Part shown: in pieces, positions 53,446-55,063 of the stretch
How positions within the stretch are numbered: the stretch's first letter is position 1
Layout of the letters: each line of letters starts with the position of its first letter
DNA from: Cyanophyceae cyanobacterium
Lineage (GTDB): Bacteria; Cyanobacteriota; Cyanobacteriia; Cyanobacteriales; Laspinemataceae
DNA length: 55,063 nt
Reading direction: 5' to 3'
NCBI GenBank assembly: GCA_038321985.1
Contig: JBBQFN010000035.1
Coordinates: 1-55,063, forward strand
Translations under genes and position numbers: made by a program
The notes under the pieces: generated by a model
What the model was told of the DNA's origin: nothing
The model's input: the letters and a program-made list of their open reading frames with translations, nothing else
Database searches by the model: none

Positions 53446-53833
53446 ATTTTCACTATACTCTAGCACTAAAATTCCAGGGTTAAAATCTGGAAATTGAGAT
53501 TTTTTAGGGAGTTTCTGCCTTTAGAGGTAGAAACTATAGCTTTAACGACTGTTTTTGCATCTTTTCACCTCTAAGGAGGTTTAAAAGTCTTTTCTAAGAA
53601 GTAAATCTAAAGGAATAGCTGACGGGGAGGGGCGAAATTAAAAGCGGACAAGCCCACGAGGAGGCTCGGCTCGGTTTTTTTTAGGGGACCCAGGACCCTA
53701 GGGGGTTGGGTTGCTGGTTTTTGAGGGTTGAAATGGGACCTCTAATCAGGGAAAGGGGCTAAAAAAACTCCCTAAGATTGACTAGACTGAAATGGGGATT
53801 GAGCAGTATGATGGGAGATTGTGAGTTTAAAAT

Positions 53834-54111
53834 GTCAGCACCCCGACCGAGCGGAAGGGGCGGGGGCAACCCTCGGGACCTAAACGCTGACTAGCCCATC
53901 ACGCCGTTACCGGGTAAAGACTGCGGAATAACCCCTTAGTGGGGAGTATCTGTAAGCCGGAGTTGCCAGACTCGTCTAGAAGGCGAACATCTGGGTAGCG
54001 GTGATTGTAGGGGCCTACAAGGGTTTCGGAAAGTTCCATCGGATTGATCCGAAAAAAAACTCTCCACCTGATCGCCGTAAATGACGGGGTTTCTGACCCG
54101 TTTTAAAAAAC
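53834..54111 (+). mobile_element. ORF-less IS200/IS605 derivative carrying an omegaRNA/HEARO-like scaffold
   Basis: GTCAGC(53834)...GCTGACTAGCC(53886) closing stem, GCCGTTA...ACATCTGGGTAGCGGTG...GTAGGGG core, terminal GCCGTAAATGACGGGGTTTCTGACCC hairpin, followed by ATGA. Confidence 0.65.
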
Positions 54112-54480
54112 ATGAAAATCAACGCTGAACAGATTATCCGTTCCCTGGAAGCGGAACAGTTAAAATCGGACCTCCCACAGATTTACGTTGGCGACAGCGT
54201 AAGAGTGGGAGTCAGAATTAAAGAAGCCGGCAAAGAAAGAACCCAGCCTTATGAGGGAGTAGTGATTGCCATGCGCAATGGTGGCATTAACGAAACCATC
54301 ACCGTGCGCCGTGTTTTCCAAGGGGTAGGCGTGGAGCGAGTATTTTTGGTACACTCCCCCCGGGTGGAGAGTATCACCATATTGAGACGCGGGAAAGCTC
54401 GTCGGGCGAAACTGTACTACCTGCGCGATCGCGTCGGTAAAGCCACCCGGATCAAACAACGGTTTGACCGCCCTATCTAA
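54112..54480 (+). CDS. rplS: 50S ribosomal protein L19
   Basis: [43 protein letters not shown]. Confidence 0.98.
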   Translation: MKINAEQIIRSLEAEQLKSDLPQIYVGDSVRVGVRIKEAGKERTQPYEGVVIAMRNGGINETITVRRVFQGVGVERVFLVHSPRVESITILRRGKARRAKLYYLRDRVGKATRIKQRFDRPI

Positions 54481-54580
54481 AACAAATCAAAAAAATTGCC
54501 TTGGGTGGGTTGACGCGATCGCAACTTAAGGTATAGGATAGGAACTGGGTGAATCGCTGTAAAAAGCAGATTCAACCCGT

Positions 54581-54653
54581 GCGCTCTTAGTTCAGTTGGT
54601 AGAACGCAGGTCTCCAAAACCTGATGTCGGGGGTTCAAGTCCTCCAGGGCGCG
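54581..54653 (+). tRNA. trnW: tRNA-Trp (CCA)
   Basis: Acceptor stem GCGCTCT/AGGGCGC, anticodon arm CAGGT-CTCCAAA-ACCTG, T-loop GGTTCAAGTCC; rplS-trnW-secE order. Confidence 0.97.
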
Positions 54654-54910
54654 CTGAACCATCTTCCGAAAGATATCTGCCCGAAAGTATGTCTGCTGTA
54701 AAAACAGCAAACAATCTAAAAACTTTCGGGTAGAATTATCATCTGAGTGGTTCGTACCAAGTATTGGAAGAACAAGAAAAAGTTTAAGCTAGAACGGCGA
54801 CGAGTGCAGCCACCCAATCTGGAGTGGCGTGATTCACTGGCGATCGCATGAAAGCTGTTGCCAAGAAAGAACTGCCGGTTGTTGCGTTCAGTGGGAGAGG
54901 AAAAGCAATT

Positions 54911-55063
54911 GTGGCAAAGCAAAAGGAAGCAGACCAAGAAACAGGAAGCGGTTTCAATCCCGCAGAGTTTTTCCAGGAAACAAAAGAAGAACTAGCTAAG
55001 GTAGTTTGGCCATCTCGGCAGCAGGTAATTAGTGAATCATTGGCCGTCCTCTCGATGGTCGCC
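54911..55063 (+). CDS. secE: Preprotein translocase subunit SecE (3' end outside window)
   Basis: Hand translation from GTG 54911: ...FFQETKEELAKVVWPSRQQVISESLAVLSMVA; GGAGAGG RBS. Confidence 0.93.
   Translation, partial: MAKQKEADQETGSGFNPAEFFQETKEELAKVVWPSRQQVISESLAVLSMVA

Overview
A 55 kb chromosomal window from a filamentous cyanobacterium, probably Oscillatoriales. The assignment rests on dense HIP1 GCGATCGC octamers, cpcT, nblA, sqdB/sqdX and a GAF-GAF adenylate cyclase. Most of the window is housekeeping: sulfolipid synthesis, an NMT1/THI5-type ABC importer, a pterin/folate-related gene group, purC, bamA-lpxC-fabZ-lpxA-lpxB, an ABC1 kinase, PP2C, nblA, anmK, an RND pump, cysE, hsp20-dnaK, a deoxyhypusine-synthase-like homospermidine synthase, rplS, tRNA-Trp and the start of secE. 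The most interesting signals are non-coding or accessory. (1) A ~620 nt, densely base-paired leader with short uORFs lies upstream of the homospermidine synthase gene and matches no RNA family I recognise. (2) A ~280 bp ORF-less omegaRNA/HEARO-like IS200/IS605 element sits exactly in front of the rplS ATGA start. (3) A kinase-FGE/CLec gene ends in a segment that looks like a DGR variable region, with no reverse transcriptase or template in the window. (4) A RAYT transposase has a ~640 bp array of inverted REP doublets beside it. (5) An orphaned alternative C-terminus lies behind a WD40-TPR gene. All family assignments are from recognition of motifs by eye; no searches were run.
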